Assembly: GCA_963575745.1 (NCBI GenBank)
Contig: CAUYUJ010000001.1
Coordinates: 2,294,001 to 2,358,000, forward strand
Length of the DNA: 64,000 nt
Direction of reading: 5' to 3'
Origin: Prorocentrum cordatum
Lineage: Eukaryota
This document shows positions 24,901-37,784 of the stretch, piece by piece. The first letter of the stretch is position 1. Every line of letters starts with the position of its first letter. The notes beneath the pieces were generated by a model that ran no database searches, was not told the DNA's origin, and saw only the letters and a program-made list of their open reading frames with translations. The position numbers were made by a program, and so were the translations under genes.

Positions 24901-26740
24901 TGTCAAGCCTTCATCGAAATGGCGTTCTCTCACTGCTGCCAGCATTCTGACCCATGCTGGCGCGCTGCTTTGCGCTCCGCTGCCGAGGTGGGGCGAAGAG
25001 ATATGGCTGGCTCAGATTCGTGTTCATCCCTTCTCTATCCAGCTCCCTGACTTAAGAAGCAGCTGGCAGTCCGTCTTTGCTCTCCCGTATGTTGCTTGGT
25101 CCTCTTTTCGTGGCCCCCTCTCTGCGCTTCGGCTCACTCTCGTGCGCTTAGGCTGGGTCATGAACAACTACATTATGATTGCGGACGATCGCGGTGATAC
25201 CTTCAGTTTAGACCTGACCCCCCCCCCCCCCCAGCCTCATGGAGACCCGTTGCAAGGGCGCTTTTCGCAGGAGCCTCGAGAGGGACTTGGGGGGGGAATT
25301 GGCTTAGGGCAGCAGGTCGTGCCTTGATGCCCCCAAAGCTGCCATTGACAACAAAAAATATCCCCCGCTCAGAGTGGGTGGATTAGGGCCTGCTCGCGCG
25401 ATGCTATCTGCACTGCGGACAAAGCTCATGCTTGAGGGTATCCGGTTGGCGAGCTCTGTCCTCTTCGTCGGCAGGCACCAGACTGCATCTTCCACCGCTT
25501 GCGGCAGTGCTCTTTCAGCGCAGTGGAGCAGTTGCGAGCTCAGCTGGCCCCTGCCTCGGCAATCTCGGACTCCGCGCTAGTCTGGGCAGCTGAGGCCGAC
25601 AGCCACGTGGTCGCCCTCTATACTCGCGGGGCTTTTGCTCATCCCGCCGATGTCCTGCCGCGCCCTGCCGTGGAGGGCGCCTTGCTGCGCGCTTGGCACG
25701 TCGATGAGCTTCAGAGCCCCGAAGGTCCCGTGGTTCCCGCGAATGGGAGGACGTGGGGTCACCTCTTCCTTGATGGGTCCTGCCAGCGCCACATTGTGCG
25801 TGAGCGGTCTCGTGCTGCGTGGTGTATCATTATGAATTCGGGTGACGGGAAGTGTCTTGGAGAGGTTCGAGGACCTGTATGGGCCCACTTCCCGCAGACA
25901 CCGCAGGCCGCAGAATGCTCGGCTCGCTGCGTTGTTTCCCAGCTTGTGTGTGTGTGTGTTCCTTCGGTTCTTTACACCGATTGTGCCAACGTGGCGTACC
26001 ACTCGTTACTTCCGCTGCCTGAGCGCTACTCAGGCAAGCGATCGTATTCTGGGATGCTTTAAAACGCTGGCAACGTAGAGGGTGACCTGATTGAGTCCAC
26101 CGCCAAGGTCAAGGCTCACCGTGAAGTGGACGAGGAAGATATTTCTGCCCAGGAAAGACTTTTGCGTTTAAGCAATCGCGATGCAGACGCCGGGGCCAAG
26201 CACGGCCTACAGCTTCACCCAACAGGTGCCACCAGCAATCTAGAGGTTCATGCTCTGGTCGCTGTAGCTCGTGCTCACTGTATCTTAGCTACCAACTTAG
26301 TGCCGCTTTGGCTTCAGTTGTCGCTTGATGTCCCACATGTGCCTGTGCCTGCCGCCTCTAGCCAGGCCAAGATCTCGCGCGCCTGGAAAAGATGGTCGGG
26401 TAGTTGGAGGTGCTCTCAGTGCTTGCACGGCAAAAGGCCCCCGCGCGAGCCCCCTCCAGGCAGGTGCAGCAATAGGTCCACATTAGACGACAATGTCCTC
26501 CAGAGTTTAGGGCATAGTGTCATTGCATTTCATTATTCCGACAGCTTAGTATTATTCAGGTGTGTCAGATGTAAATGCCACTCGACGGGCAGCAGGGCCA
26601 AAGGCCTTGGCGAGCGTTGCGAAGGCAGGCCATCCATACATGCGAGTACTGGATGGAACTGCCTTTGCCGCGGCTTACACCCCCACGAGAAACGTCGAGC
26701 TGTTACAGTTTCCACTGGTGATGTGCTTGGGTTAGTTTAA
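21970..26740 (+). pseudogene. LINE ORF2 remnant: APE, RT, RNase H, Cys-rich C-terminus
   Basis: SINCNSW..LLVQ(G)HRL, VIGGD (APE); LTKPTGGYRPVG, YLD(G) (RT); FLDGSC, QTPQAAE, YTDCANV, KVKAH, NRDADAGAK (RNase H). Confidence 0.85.
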
Positions 26741-26799
26741 GCATTTCTTTGCCACGAGAGGGCTCACGTGGTGGGTTCGATTTGTTTTGTTTGTGACGT

Positions 26800-28260
26800 C
26801 CTGTTCGGCGGTGCTGGTTACGCTGCCAGCCCTGGAACTCGGGCGTTGGAGTTCCGTCGAGCAGGCGTTGCTAGCCGTTCTTTTCACTACCTAGCGTTGC
26901 CCTCGTCCCCCCTGTAGCACGGCCGTGGGGCGAGTCTCCCTCGCGGTGACCGCTGCTCAAGGGGTCTGCCTGTCAGAGTCCGCGCCTGGGCACGGGGGGC
27001 AAATCTCGTCCTCCCTGACTGTTCGCCCAGCTATGAGTTGCACTGTCTTTTCTTGCCTGGCGTGCTTTGGGCTCACGTGGCAGGATCGATATGGGTTTTT
27101 GCTGCGCCCTGCCTGGCGGCGCTGGCAACGTTGCCAGTCCTGGAACTCGGGCTTTGGAGTTCCGTCGCGCAGGCGCTGCTGGCCGCCCTTTTTCATTGCC
27201 TCGCGCCGCCCGCGCCCCTTTGTTGCGCGGCCGTGGGGCGATGTCCCCCCTGCGGTGGCAGCTGTTCGGGGGCCGCCTCCAGTGTCAAGTGCGTGCGCCA
27301 GGGCACGGGGTAGACATTAGTCGTCCCCGACCGTCGCCCTCTGAGGAACTGGTAATTTGCCGCCGGCTCTCGGCGTGAGATGGGATCACGGGGCTCTTTG
27401 CTGCGCCCTGATCGGCGGTGCAGGTTACGCTGCCAGTCTCGGAGCTCGGGCGTTGGAGTTCCGTCGAGCAGGCGTTGCTAGCCGTCCTTTTCACTACCTA
27501 GCGTTGCCCTCGTCCCCCCTGTAGCACGGCCGTGGGGCGAGTCCCCCTCGCGGTGACCGCTGCTCAAGGGGTCTGTCTGTCAGAGTTCGCGCTTAAGCAC
27601 GGGGGGGGGGTCTCGCCCTCCCTGACCGTTCGCCCAGCTATGAGTTGCACTGTCTTTTCTTGCCTGGCGTGTTCTGGGCTCACGTGGCAGAATCGATCTG
27701 GGGTTTCTGCTGCGCCCTGTTCGGCGGTGCTGGTTACACTGTCAGCCCTGGAACCCGGGCTTTGGAGTTCCGCCGCGCAGGCGCTGCTGGCCGCCATTTT
27801 CACTGCCTCGTGCCGCCCACGCCCCTTTGTTGCACGGCCGCGGGGTGATGCCTCCCCTGCGGTGACTGCTGCTCGGGGGCCGCCACCAGTGTCAAGTGCG
27901 CGCGTCAGGGCACGGGGGAGACATTCGTCCTCCCCGACCGTCGCCCTCTGAGGAACTGGTAATTAGCATTCGGCTCTCGGCGTGAGATGGGCTCACGCGG
28001 CAGGCTCGATCCGGGTTTTTTGCTGGGCCCTGCTCGGCGGCGCTGGTTACGCTGCCAGCCTTGGAACTCGGGCTCCGGAGTTTCGTTGCGCAGGCGCAGC
28101 TGGCCGTCCTTTTCACTGCCTCGTGCTGTCCTCGCCCCCCTGTCGCACGGCCGCGGGGTGGCTTCCCCCCTGCGGTGACAGCTGCTCAGGGGGCCGCCAC
28201 TTCTTTCATCTTTGCCCAGAGTGTGCGTCAGGGCACGGGGGAGGAACCCCCTCGACCGCA
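26800..28260. repeat. Five about 305-bp units in a 607-bp higher-order repeat
   Basis: CTG.TCGGCGG.GCTGGTTACGCTGCCAG recurs near 26801, 27107, 27408, 27717, 28030; ORF pairs offset by 607 bp (26925/27532, 26957/27564). Confidence 0.88.
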
Positions 28261-29158
28261 CGCCTTGCCGCGGCCTTCAGGACTCGGGGCAGCTTCGTGC
28301 ACAGCCGATGCTACCCAGCCGCTCTCGCCTTAGGCGTGTGGTGGGCGGTCCTCTTCAAGGGTCAGTGCTGCTGTGCTGGATGGCTTGGGCCCTTGTCCAG
28401 GTGTAGCTCGTTCCCCTTGGTTCGAGCGCGCCTGTGAGGGGCCACTCTGCGTCGGGTCTCTGGGCCAAGTCTCGCGCTCGCGCCTTGTCACACCCGTCGC
28501 TCTCGTGCGCGTTGCTGCAGAGATTCTCTAGCCTCTCTGTTCGGCTGTACTCGGTTTTCACTCGTGCACTGTCTCCGGCGCGTAGGCCAGACAGTGCGTC
28601 AACGTTTTCAACAGTGGCCATGTCTTACGCAGCTGACGGAGGCCCTGTCGTTGGCGTGTGGGCCGACGGTCGATCCGTGAGGGGAGGAGGCCATAGCGGG
28701 CGCCCCAAAAAGAACTCGCGAAGCCCCCTCCCCGTAGCGGCCCTCGCCGAGGCGAGGCCGCCCCTTTCTTGCACCTGCTGCTCGGTGCATGTTGCTTACA
28801 GCATGGCCCACAGTTGCTGTAAGGAGCCGCCTCTCTTTTGGCTTATGTGGCGAAGCCGCTGATGGCCAAAAAAACCACGCCCCCCCCCCCCACCGACCTC
28901 CCCCCGCCGACAACAAATGAATGCAACATCCCACGTCCCAACTATTGCAACTGAGCATGTCCTTGGACTTGCGCTCGTAGTCTGGCGACTACAGACCAGA
29001 GGATAGATTACATTCAGTGTTTGTGGCTGCGAGAAGATGCGTTTGCATGGGAAGAATCCCCCCCCCTGCCTGCCCCCCCCCTCCCTCGGCGCAGGAAGGC
29101 CGCGGCCCCTGCCCCTCTACTTGCACGCAGTGAGCGGCGCGCGCCCTCGCCCAACAGA

Positions 29159-29198
<40 letters not shown>

Positions 29199-30429
29199 TC
29201 TCCATGAGTCGCCCCCTGGACAGTTTTTTGCATTGCCAGTGGCACGGGCGCTTCGCAGCATCGCCATCGGCTGCCAACTATTGCTGCAACTGGCCCGCTG
29301 CAAAAAAAAATCGGAGACGGTCTCCATGCGTCGCCCCCCCTGGTTCAAGTTCAACGCCGTTCTGCCCCGACCGCCCAGGCGCTCTCGCCGCAGCGCCAAA
29401 GGAGGTCCAGCGAGCAGAGGGGCGCCTCTAACAGTGCCCGTTCCCTGCCGAACCGGCGGCTCTGGAGCGCCGCGGCCCTGGCAGCGCCCGCGCGGAGTGC
29501 GCGGGCAGCTGGCGCTGTGCCCCAGGCAGGCCGCCGCGTCGTGGAGGCGGAGGGCCCCCGTTTGCTGCGCGACCAGAGCGCGGGCCACGGAGAGGGAAGC
29601 GGCGGCCCCCACTGGCGGGGCGAGGCCTGGCCCACAGCCGCACCACGTTGCCTACGGGCTCGCTGGGCGTTGACGCCAGATGGCAGGGCGGCCTGGCCGG
29701 CTGCAATCCAGACCTTCGTTTGGGCGAAGCTGGCCGGCAGGAGAGGCGAGTGCGTCATGCGGGGGCCAGCCGCGTCACAACAGAAGCATGCTCTGGCGGG
29801 GCGGGGAGCACGACCCCCGTCCAAATAGGAGAGAACCACGAAATATGAACGAGAGCTGTCAAAGGCGCTTGTTGTTTTCGTCTGTGGTTTCGTCCCTGGT
29901 GTTCGCGGCGCCGCGTCGCCGGCACGCGACAGAGGGCATCCTTGGTGCACCCCGCTGCTTGCCAGATGGATTTGGCGCGGCTGGCTATTGCTGCCCCAGC
30001 ACATGCGTCGCCCCGCTTCCACGCTGGCAGCGCGCAGTCCGGGGGGTCGCGGTCGAATCGCCCCCTGCGAAATCGATGATTTCATTACCCCCCCCCTTCT
30101 CTACGCTTCGCGTTCCGATTCCTTTCTCTCCTCTATCCCTCTCCTTCTCCCTCTCTCGTTCGCTCTTTCTCTCTCTCTCTCTCTCTCTCTCTTTCTGATT
30201 ATGTCCTCGTGGGTTCGCGGATACGCCAGTGAATGTGTTCTTCTCGGCTTGGGCGATTCGGCGGGGCCTTCTAGTACTCCCGCAGTCGCAGTCCAATGCT
30301 GTTGGTGGTTTTGGGGCGCGTGTGGGGTGCAAGACCACGTGACAAAAAAACATCCAATCAGGCTTGAGCAAGATGCTCTTACTTGATTAAAGGTTAGCGC
30401 CTCGGGAGGCTACTGTGCCCATTCTTCGG

Positions 30430-30700
30430 AGGCCCCCAGGGCTCCTCGGATTCCCCGGGTTCCTCGGGTTCCTCGGAATTCCAGCCCCCCGTGCTTTCCA
30501 TTGTTGCGTTGCCCGTTGCCCGGAGATTCCTCGGGTTCCCTTGGGTTCCTCAGGTTCCCCAGGTTTTCCAGGTTCCCCGGGTTCCCCGGGTTCCTTGGGG
30601 CCCTCGGGTCGCCCCCGGAGCCTCGTATTCTCGCTGCGCCCGTTACAAGCAATGCCAAGCAATGCCAAGCAAAGCCCAGCAATGCCAAGCAAGTCAAGCA
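30430..30700. repeat. Short-period repeats: TTCCCCGGG/TTCCTCGGG 9-mers and AAGCAATGCC 10-mers
   Basis: Direct reading. Confidence 0.8.
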
Positions 30701-30829
30701 CTGCGCCCGTGCATTAGGAAGCTTTTCCCAAATCGGGGTGGCGCCGCATTGATGTTTTGGCCGCACCACCACCAACCACCACAACCATTGTACTGGGATT
30801 GGGCTGCCGCCCCCCGAGCTCGAGAATGA

Positions 30830-32077
30830 TTTGGAAGGCTCGAGTGATCTGGACGGCTTTACATGCTACTGCAATGCATTGGAATGTCTAGTGGGTTCTA
30901 GACTGCTCAAGGGGGGGATGAGGACATGTTTGGTTGGGGGACAGGGGGCCCAATGGGGTTTTAGAAGAATGACCAGGGAGGGTCAAGAAGGCTCTAGGCA
31001 GTTCCTCGGGGCAACCAAATGTTTTACAGTTCGCCCTAGAGGGGTCTGGGCGGCTCTGTAGTGTTCAAAGAGGTCCTAGAAAGCTCCAGAGGGCCCTAAA
31101 GTCTTCTAGATGCTCTGCACGGTTCTCGAAGGCTCTAGCGGCGGGCTCCGGAGGGTTCCAGAAGGTTTGCGAGTGCTGCAGGTGGCACTAGAGAGCTCCA
31201 CAGGGAACTAGAAGGTTCGAGTCTGTTCGAGAGCTCTAGCAGGCACCGGAAGGCTTTCAATGACCTTGAAGGTTCTAGGCAGCTGTAGGCGCTTTTACAA
31301 TGACCAGGCGGCTCCACAGGAATCCTAGAATGGTCTCGCTAGACCGTTCTAGAGGGCATTCGAGTGCTCTCAAAGGCTCCAGGTTGCCCTAAAAGGCTTT
31401 GAAGGTTTCTTGTGCGCTTCAGAGGCCTTCAGAATCCAATGGGAGGTTTGTAGAGGGATTCAGCAGACTCTCGAGTGCTTTCGGGTGCCCTCGGGAGCTC
31501 CAGAGATTGTAATGAGCTGCAGAAGGAAATGGACAGACCGAGTGTAATTGATGGCTCGAGAGAGCACCGCAATGTTTTCGCAAACCTTGAGTGGTCTCGG
31601 TAGGTCCAGAGAGTGCAGCGGATTGTAGAAGGAACTAGGAGGCTCGAGCGTTCTTTGCTGGCTTTAGAAAGCACCGAAATGCTGCCGAAAGCCTTCTTGG
31701 TATTCTAGAGAGCTTCAGAGGGCTCCCAGACTGACCTCTTCCTCCTCCTCTTCTTCCTCCTCCTCCTCCTTTTCCTCCTCCTCCTCCTTGTCATCCTCCT
31801 CCTCGTACTCTTCCTCGGTCCTCCAGCTTCCTGGTCTGGCCCAGGATGTCCAGGATAGTCTCGGTGCCTTGAGACGGACCCCGAGGGCACTCGAGTGTTA
31901 TCGAGGGCCTTGGTGGCTCCAGGGAGCTTTGAAGGCTTGCGGTATGCATCGGAAGGCTCCAGAATCCAGGGAGAAGGCTCTAAAGGGATCTGACGGCTCT
32001 CCTTTTCTCCTCTAGAGCTTCAGAGGGTTGAGGGATTGCTCTAGGGGGCGCCAGGGAAAGGAGAGGAGGAGAGAGTG

Positions 32078-32114
<37 letters not shown>

Positions 32115-32160
32115 CATATATAGATATATACATATATATAGCGAGAGAGAGAGAGAGAGA
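30830..32160. repeat. Degenerate CTAGA/GGCTCCAGA-rich repeat region ending in (TA)n and (GA)n microsatellites
   Basis: Recurring TCTAGAG, GGCTCCAGA motifs; (TA)n at about 32079-32140. Confidence 0.7.
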
Positions 32161-34844
32161 AATAAACAAATTGAAGAGGGAGAGGAAGAGAGAGAGAGAG
32201 GGAGAAGAGAAAGGGGGGCGGGTACAGACACAGATGCAGACAGAGGGGATAAAGAAACCGAAGCGAACAGCGTACAAGAAAATTGCGAGGAATGGATTGG
32301 TGAGTTCTGCATGAGGCGATTCGACCCCTGACCCGCAGTCGTGAGCTGCGCAGTCACCCGAGAACTCAGACTGCCGAGGTGGTAATGCGCTGATGATATA
32401 TAGTGTGCGGCCAGGCACCCCGACCGCGCAATGGCGCGACCCGCGCGTGGTCTTCATGTCCTCATCGAAGACCCCACCGTCGGTTTTTCTTCGGCGAGGC
32501 GATCTGGGCCCCCCCCTGCGTTTGCTGAAGGCGCACAGGCTGTCGCCGAGGCCAGCGCGGTTTCTGCAGTGAGCACGCCGTCCAGTCCAAGAACCGCCTC
32601 CTTACGACCACGTTGAGAACGGGTAATCCCCTCAAGATCGCGCGCCGGTGTTCGAATCGGCCTCGGTTGGGTCTGGCCCAGAATTGCGCGGGTCCCGTGC
32701 GAGTTGGCGACTTACCGCTACGACCGTGTCGCCGGTAGTGCCCGTGCCCAGGACAAGGTCGGCAGCGGGAGACGGGACGGCGCCCGCGGGTAAGAGCAAT
32801 TGGAGGCCAGCGCGCACCACAACTGCCGAGGCCACCCTGGCCAACGTGCACACCCCGCCGCGGCGCGTGTTTCTCTCCAGGATGCTCCTATTGCTTCAGC
32901 GAGGCGAAGATGCCACATGAACGTCGTTACGCGACCTCCCCAACTCAATCCTGCCTGCGGCCCCCATGCTCTTGCCGCGCATGAGCCAAAGGGCGGAGCC
33001 GATGAGTGTGAATGCTCTTTCTGCGCATCGGAGCGCAGCCGCGCCCCCGACGCGGGAAGGCGGCAGTAGTCGTTGCGACAATTGCCCGCCGAGCTGCGCG
33101 CGGCATGCACCTCGTCCGCGTCGTGGGGGCCCGTGGCGACGCGGCGCCAGTTGTGGTCGCAGTCCATGATAGGTGATGGCCCATGTTGCCCTATCAGGCT
33201 AGTTTTCTGAGATGTTCTCCATCCTCCACGGGCGGCCCTGGCAGTTTGGCTGGCCTCCCCCCGTATGCATTGCAGGGGGAAGGGCGCCCAGTGCTGCATC
33301 CTGCTGATGCTGCTCGTGGTATGTTCTTTTGCGTTTTGCCTAGTGCGGCGCGCGGCCGGGTTGGTCGCAGTACTCGCGGACGGTGTCCGCGTCGTCTGCC
33401 GCGAGCATGCAGGCGCCTTTCCGATGTTCAAAGGGATCCAGGCTGCCCTCGACGCAGAGCAGTTAGTTCGCCTAGTTTGGGCTGAGTACGCGCAGTTCGC
33501 CCTTCTCCAGCGCTTTTCGCTGCGCAGGCGCGCCCGCTGCGACCGCGGAGCGTCCGCGGTCCAGGCGGCGAGCGAAAGGGCACCGCTCTTCTGCGACGGG
33601 ACTTTCTCGAATGGCAGGTGCGCTGCTATCTCTGCGTCAAGACGCAAGCCATCTTCGCTGGCACCGCCTGTCTAGGCTGCGAGAGCGGGCCCGGCGCGGC
33701 GGCGGTGGCCTCGGCGCGCCGTCGGGGAGGGCTGGCCACCGGCAGGCGGCCACGAGGAGCAGGCCAGAGGCGCCGGCACCGAGGGCGCAGCCTCCCGCCG
33801 CGAGAGGCCGGCCAAGTTCCGCGGAGGGGCGCGGGCGCCGCCGGCGAGTGGCGAGGCCGAGGGCCGCGCGCCCCCCGCAGGGGACGGCCCGCGAGGGCAT
33901 CTCTTCGGCGCGGTCACTGCAGGAGGCCAGCGCCCCGAGCTGAGGCGCGGCGGCCCGCCCGCCCCAGGGGGCACGGCAGCACGCAGCCGCGGCAGGCGGG
34001 AGGGGCCGCGCGCTGGGGCGCCCCCGGAGGCAAAGGCGTGACAGGCTGCACCCGGCGGGCACGGCGGGCTGGCGGGGTCGGGCGCCATCGAGGGGAGAGC
34101 TCTCTGGTGCACGGCCCCTGCTGCGGAAGCCCGTCTGGCGCGGCTGGGGCTGCAATCGAGACGCCGAGATAGAGACCCTTTGGGGGTTCGGGAGGGGCTC
34201 CGGTGTTCGGCCCGCTCCTGACTGAGGTCCGGGTCGGGGATTCTGTTCGTGGGCTCGACGTGGGCAGACAGGGCCCATCGTTTTTGTTTGCGTTCGTTCC
34301 TCGTCTTAGCACGGCGACTGTATCAGGCTGCTTTGGGATTGGCCTTACTCTGCCCTGCAGGCAGCGGCGGCGCACGACCGCTGGTGGCTCAGATAGAATA
34401 TTGGGCGATGTTGGGGCGGTGCCCTCGTTTGGGCGGCTCGGCAAAGGACTCCCGTGGAGTTGCCCGTCCTGGACATTGGGGGGTCTGCGGGCTCTGCCAT
34501 CCTGCTGCTGGTCCCGCTGCACTGGCCCGCGCCGCTTCTCCATCTCCGCTTTCCCCGCGCCTCCTATGCTATCTCATGTCTCTTACCATCCCCCGCTCAC
34601 TCCTCTCCTGTCCTCCTTTCCTCTTTCCCCCTGTCCTCCCCTCCTCCCTACCCATCGTTCCTCCCTCTCCCCGTTCTCTCCCCTCTCCTCCCTCCTCCAC
34701 CCGCCCGCCCTCCTGCCGCCTCCCCCCGCCCCCCCGCGACGTCCCGTCTCCCCCCTGTTCCCTGACGCCCCTGGAGGAAAGCGGCACCAATGCCAAGCCC
34801 AAGCCGAGTGGGGAGGAGTGAGGAAGGGAAGAGACGGGAAGCAG

Positions 34845-34946
34845 GAGATGGTGACGACGGGGACTCCCAGGACCGCAAACTGCTCGGCCTGCGCCGACAC
34901 CGGCCTGTGCGTCTTCGACACGCAGGCCGCGTTCTGCACCGGCTAG
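34845..34946 (+). CDS. Candidate terminal exon of the PLC-like gene (EMVTTGTPRTANCSACADTGLCVFDTQAAFCTG*)
   Basis: GCAG acceptor, phase 0 matching the 19317 donor, G/C-ending codons, Cys-rich, TAG stop; no homology evidence. Confidence 0.4.
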   Translation, partial: EMVTTGTPRTANCSACADTGLCVFDTQAAFCTG

Positions 34947-35639
34947 ACCCATTGAGGAGACGGGAAGTGGAGGGGGAGGTCAGGAGTGCCGCGGACTTTT
35001 TTGGATGGCGCACCTGATTCCACCGCTGGCCTGTCCGGTGACAGGTCGGCACGCAGCCCGCCACGGCAAAGCAGGGACGGATGCCCTGAACTTGCATCGG
35101 CTCGGGCGCCAAGGCTGCGGGTAATCTCGGCTGCCGGTCGCAGTTTCAAGCAGACAGTGCAGCATAGTACGAAAACAGCACACACCCACACATTGCAGAA
35201 CAGAAGACAGTGAGGCAGGCGGTCGTGGACTGTCTCGGAAAGAAGGACGCAACCCTCGGCCACTCGTCACGTAGTAGAGGCGGGAAGAAATCTTCGGCCC
35301 CCAGACGGCACGAGAACGAGACCGGGGAGAAAACAGCGCTGGCTTTCGCACTAAGACTCAGGAAAAAAAGACTGCAACACTATATCTTCTGCCAGCCAAA
35401 GTGGCCTGCCTTAATTGGGTGGCGCCATCCTAGCCCGAGCATGCGTACTGCCGTCATCCCTGGCCAGGACGAATAAGATTCTCCCTTCACCGGCGCGAGC
35501 GACAGACGGCGGAGGACAACACACTCGGGTATCTGTACGCCATGCAGCCCTCAACATCCCATGCAGCGCCGAGCGGAGGCACGCGGGCGGAGGGACGAGA
35601 ACCTGCGGGTGCGGCATCCCAGGTCGCTCGAAACAAGGG

Positions 35640-35895
35640 GGTCTCGCACGTGTGGTGCGCTGTCGGGTGCAACAGTGCCACCAGCTGCGGTCACGTGGGT
35701 CCTTGGCAAGTGAGCATGAGAGAGGCATGCGGCAGGCTGGCAGCTGCGGTAGAGCTGCTGAACCAGGCGCTGGGTGTTAACTCGGAATTGCGCAGGTGTG
35801 GCCTCGCACGTGTGGTGCGCTTTCGGGTGCACCATTCGCCCTGGCTGGGCTCAAGTGGGCTCCTGGCAAGTGAGCAGTAGAGAGGCGCGCGTCTG
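35640..35895. repeat. Imperfect direct repeat, 160-bp period
   Basis: CTCGCACGTGTGGTGCGCT.TCGGGTGCA ... GGCAAGTGAGCA..AGAGAGGC near 35643 and 35803. Confidence 0.75.
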
Positions 35896-37574
35896 ACTGG
35901 GCGGGATGCTAGCGGGTCTTCGGAACCTGTATATACACGTGGGTCCACCAACATCGGCGCAGCAGCAAGGGAAGGCAGGGGGGCGAAGCGGTGGCGGCAA
36001 AGTAGAAGGTGGAAAACGCGAAATGCCCACATAACTTCGCTGCCGACTCGCTAGCTTGCTCAATCGAACAGAGGAAAAGGAGGAGGAGGAGGAAGAGGAG
36101 GGCGAGGAGGAGGAGGAGGAGGGGGGCTCCTGGGTGCCGAGCCTGGGGTTCCCCACAGTGGCTCGCCCAAGAGGAATTCGGCATCAACGTGTTCCTGCTC
36201 CTCGTCCGCCTTAGGTGGCGCGGGCGGCCCTGGCGTGGCAGGCAAGTGGGTCTAAACTCCTACTACTCCTCCTCCTCCTCCACGTCCTCCTCCCTGGGTC
36301 AAAACTAATTATTTCGGGATCGGTCCGTCGGGTCCGAGCCCTGCGCGACATAAAATCTGGGCCCCATTCCTCGCACTGGCCCTGATACGGATCCTGCCAG
36401 GGAGGGGGCCGCCGATGGAGCCGAGCGACCCAGGGCTGCTGTACGCCGCAAGGAGAGGGCCCAGAAATCGCAATCGTTTCTTGTGATTGTCGCGTGTGTG
36501 TGTGTGTTCTTGGTTGGCCGTGAGCCCAATCTGCTTCTCCCACCTTCCTACTTCATGTTTCTGCCCATTTCCTCCGACCGCTGCTCGAGTATTTAGTGTC
36601 GTGGCAGTGCCGCCCAAGGCAGCAGCGCCTTTCACGCAGCAGTTTCCAGCGAGCTGCCGCCGAACGTGGCTCATGTACAACGCTGGCCGCTGTTGTGTGG
36701 GATGTTTAATGCTCGAGTAGTTGCGTCGCGTTGCCGCCCGAGGGAGCAGCGGCGCAAAATCTTACCATCTGGGCGGCAGTCTCCGCGCCGGTGCGCGTGG
36801 TAGTCTCCGCGCCGTTGCGCGCCATGCTGTGGCCTTCGCCTGTGGCCCGCAGGGGCTCCAACAAGGCGTCCCTGCGCCTCCAGTTGCTCAGGGCGGCACG
36901 CCGGAAAATGTTGCTTGCGACCGCGTATGCTCGACGGTGCGGGCGCACGGGTCCACGGTGTGCCGGTAATGATGGTATGCACGCGTTCGCCTACCCTGGG
37001 GGCCCGTCCACTTCGACGAATAATGTTGCGTAGATCTGTTATTCCAAAAGCCCTTATCGAAGGCATTTACGTGGTGCGAAGACGCCGAAGTTTGTTTCCA
37101 TCATTTTCGTCGCATGCAAGCGCCCTTGCAGAACAAGATTGAGCGTTCACTTCATACTGAAACTGCAATGCCGAGATATGCTCACCGACGCTGTATGGGG
37201 ATATGCCGAGATATTGAATGTTACAGCAGGGTTGACTCGGACGTGAGGTAGTACCCCCCTCGGCGTACGTACTTTGCAAATATGCTACAACATCTGATGC
37301 CATTCCGTCTGAGCTGAACCACAATGTTTGGGGATTATTGCAAATGTCTGAATTTCATCGTCACGCGCGCTTCTCATACCGTACTCCGAATTTCATAACG
37401 CATGCTGCACATGGAAATGCTCAAATGCTTTGCGTCCCCCACCACCACACAGAGCCAGGGCAGTCCAGGTCCGACATTCGCCTTGGGCGAGGCGGGTAGA
37501 CGCGGCGGCCCAAACCCTCTATGTCATGACTTTTCCAGGACGTCGACCCCCAGAGGTCTGGACGAATTCCCCTA

Positions 37575-37784
37575 CGGTAGGTTTGTGCGGCGTCGGCACC
37601 CGCAAGGCTTTTGGCACTGCGTGGATCGTTCAACCTTGAATCGATCGCGGCCCCGATCGTTCAATATTGAATTTCGTCAGGTACAGTGAGCCCAACGTGT
37701 CCTTTGGTGTTTCCGCGTCGCAAAATGCAGCCTTGAACGCCTTCGCCAACGTCGCCGGCGCGCCAACGCCGCATGAACCTACAA
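37575..37784. mobile_element. Second, diverged member of the TA-flanked MITE family
   Basis: TA|CGGTAGGTTTGTGCGGCGTCGGC ... GCCAACGCCGCATGAACCTACAA|TA; shares internal GATCGTTCAA..TTGAA motifs with 15905-16092. Confidence 0.8.

Larger units (their letters stand above)
20600..26760 (+). mobile_element. Decayed non-LTR retrotransposon with APE, RT and RNase H
   Basis: Zinc-finger/coiled-coil ORF1 followed by ORF2 remnants; ends approximate, the 3' region may extend through the repeats to about 28870. Confidence 0.85.

Noticed and set aside
32400..33660. - strand gene or transposase (309-aa ORF)
   Set aside because: Coding-like patches in shifting frames but no recognisable motif or splice structure
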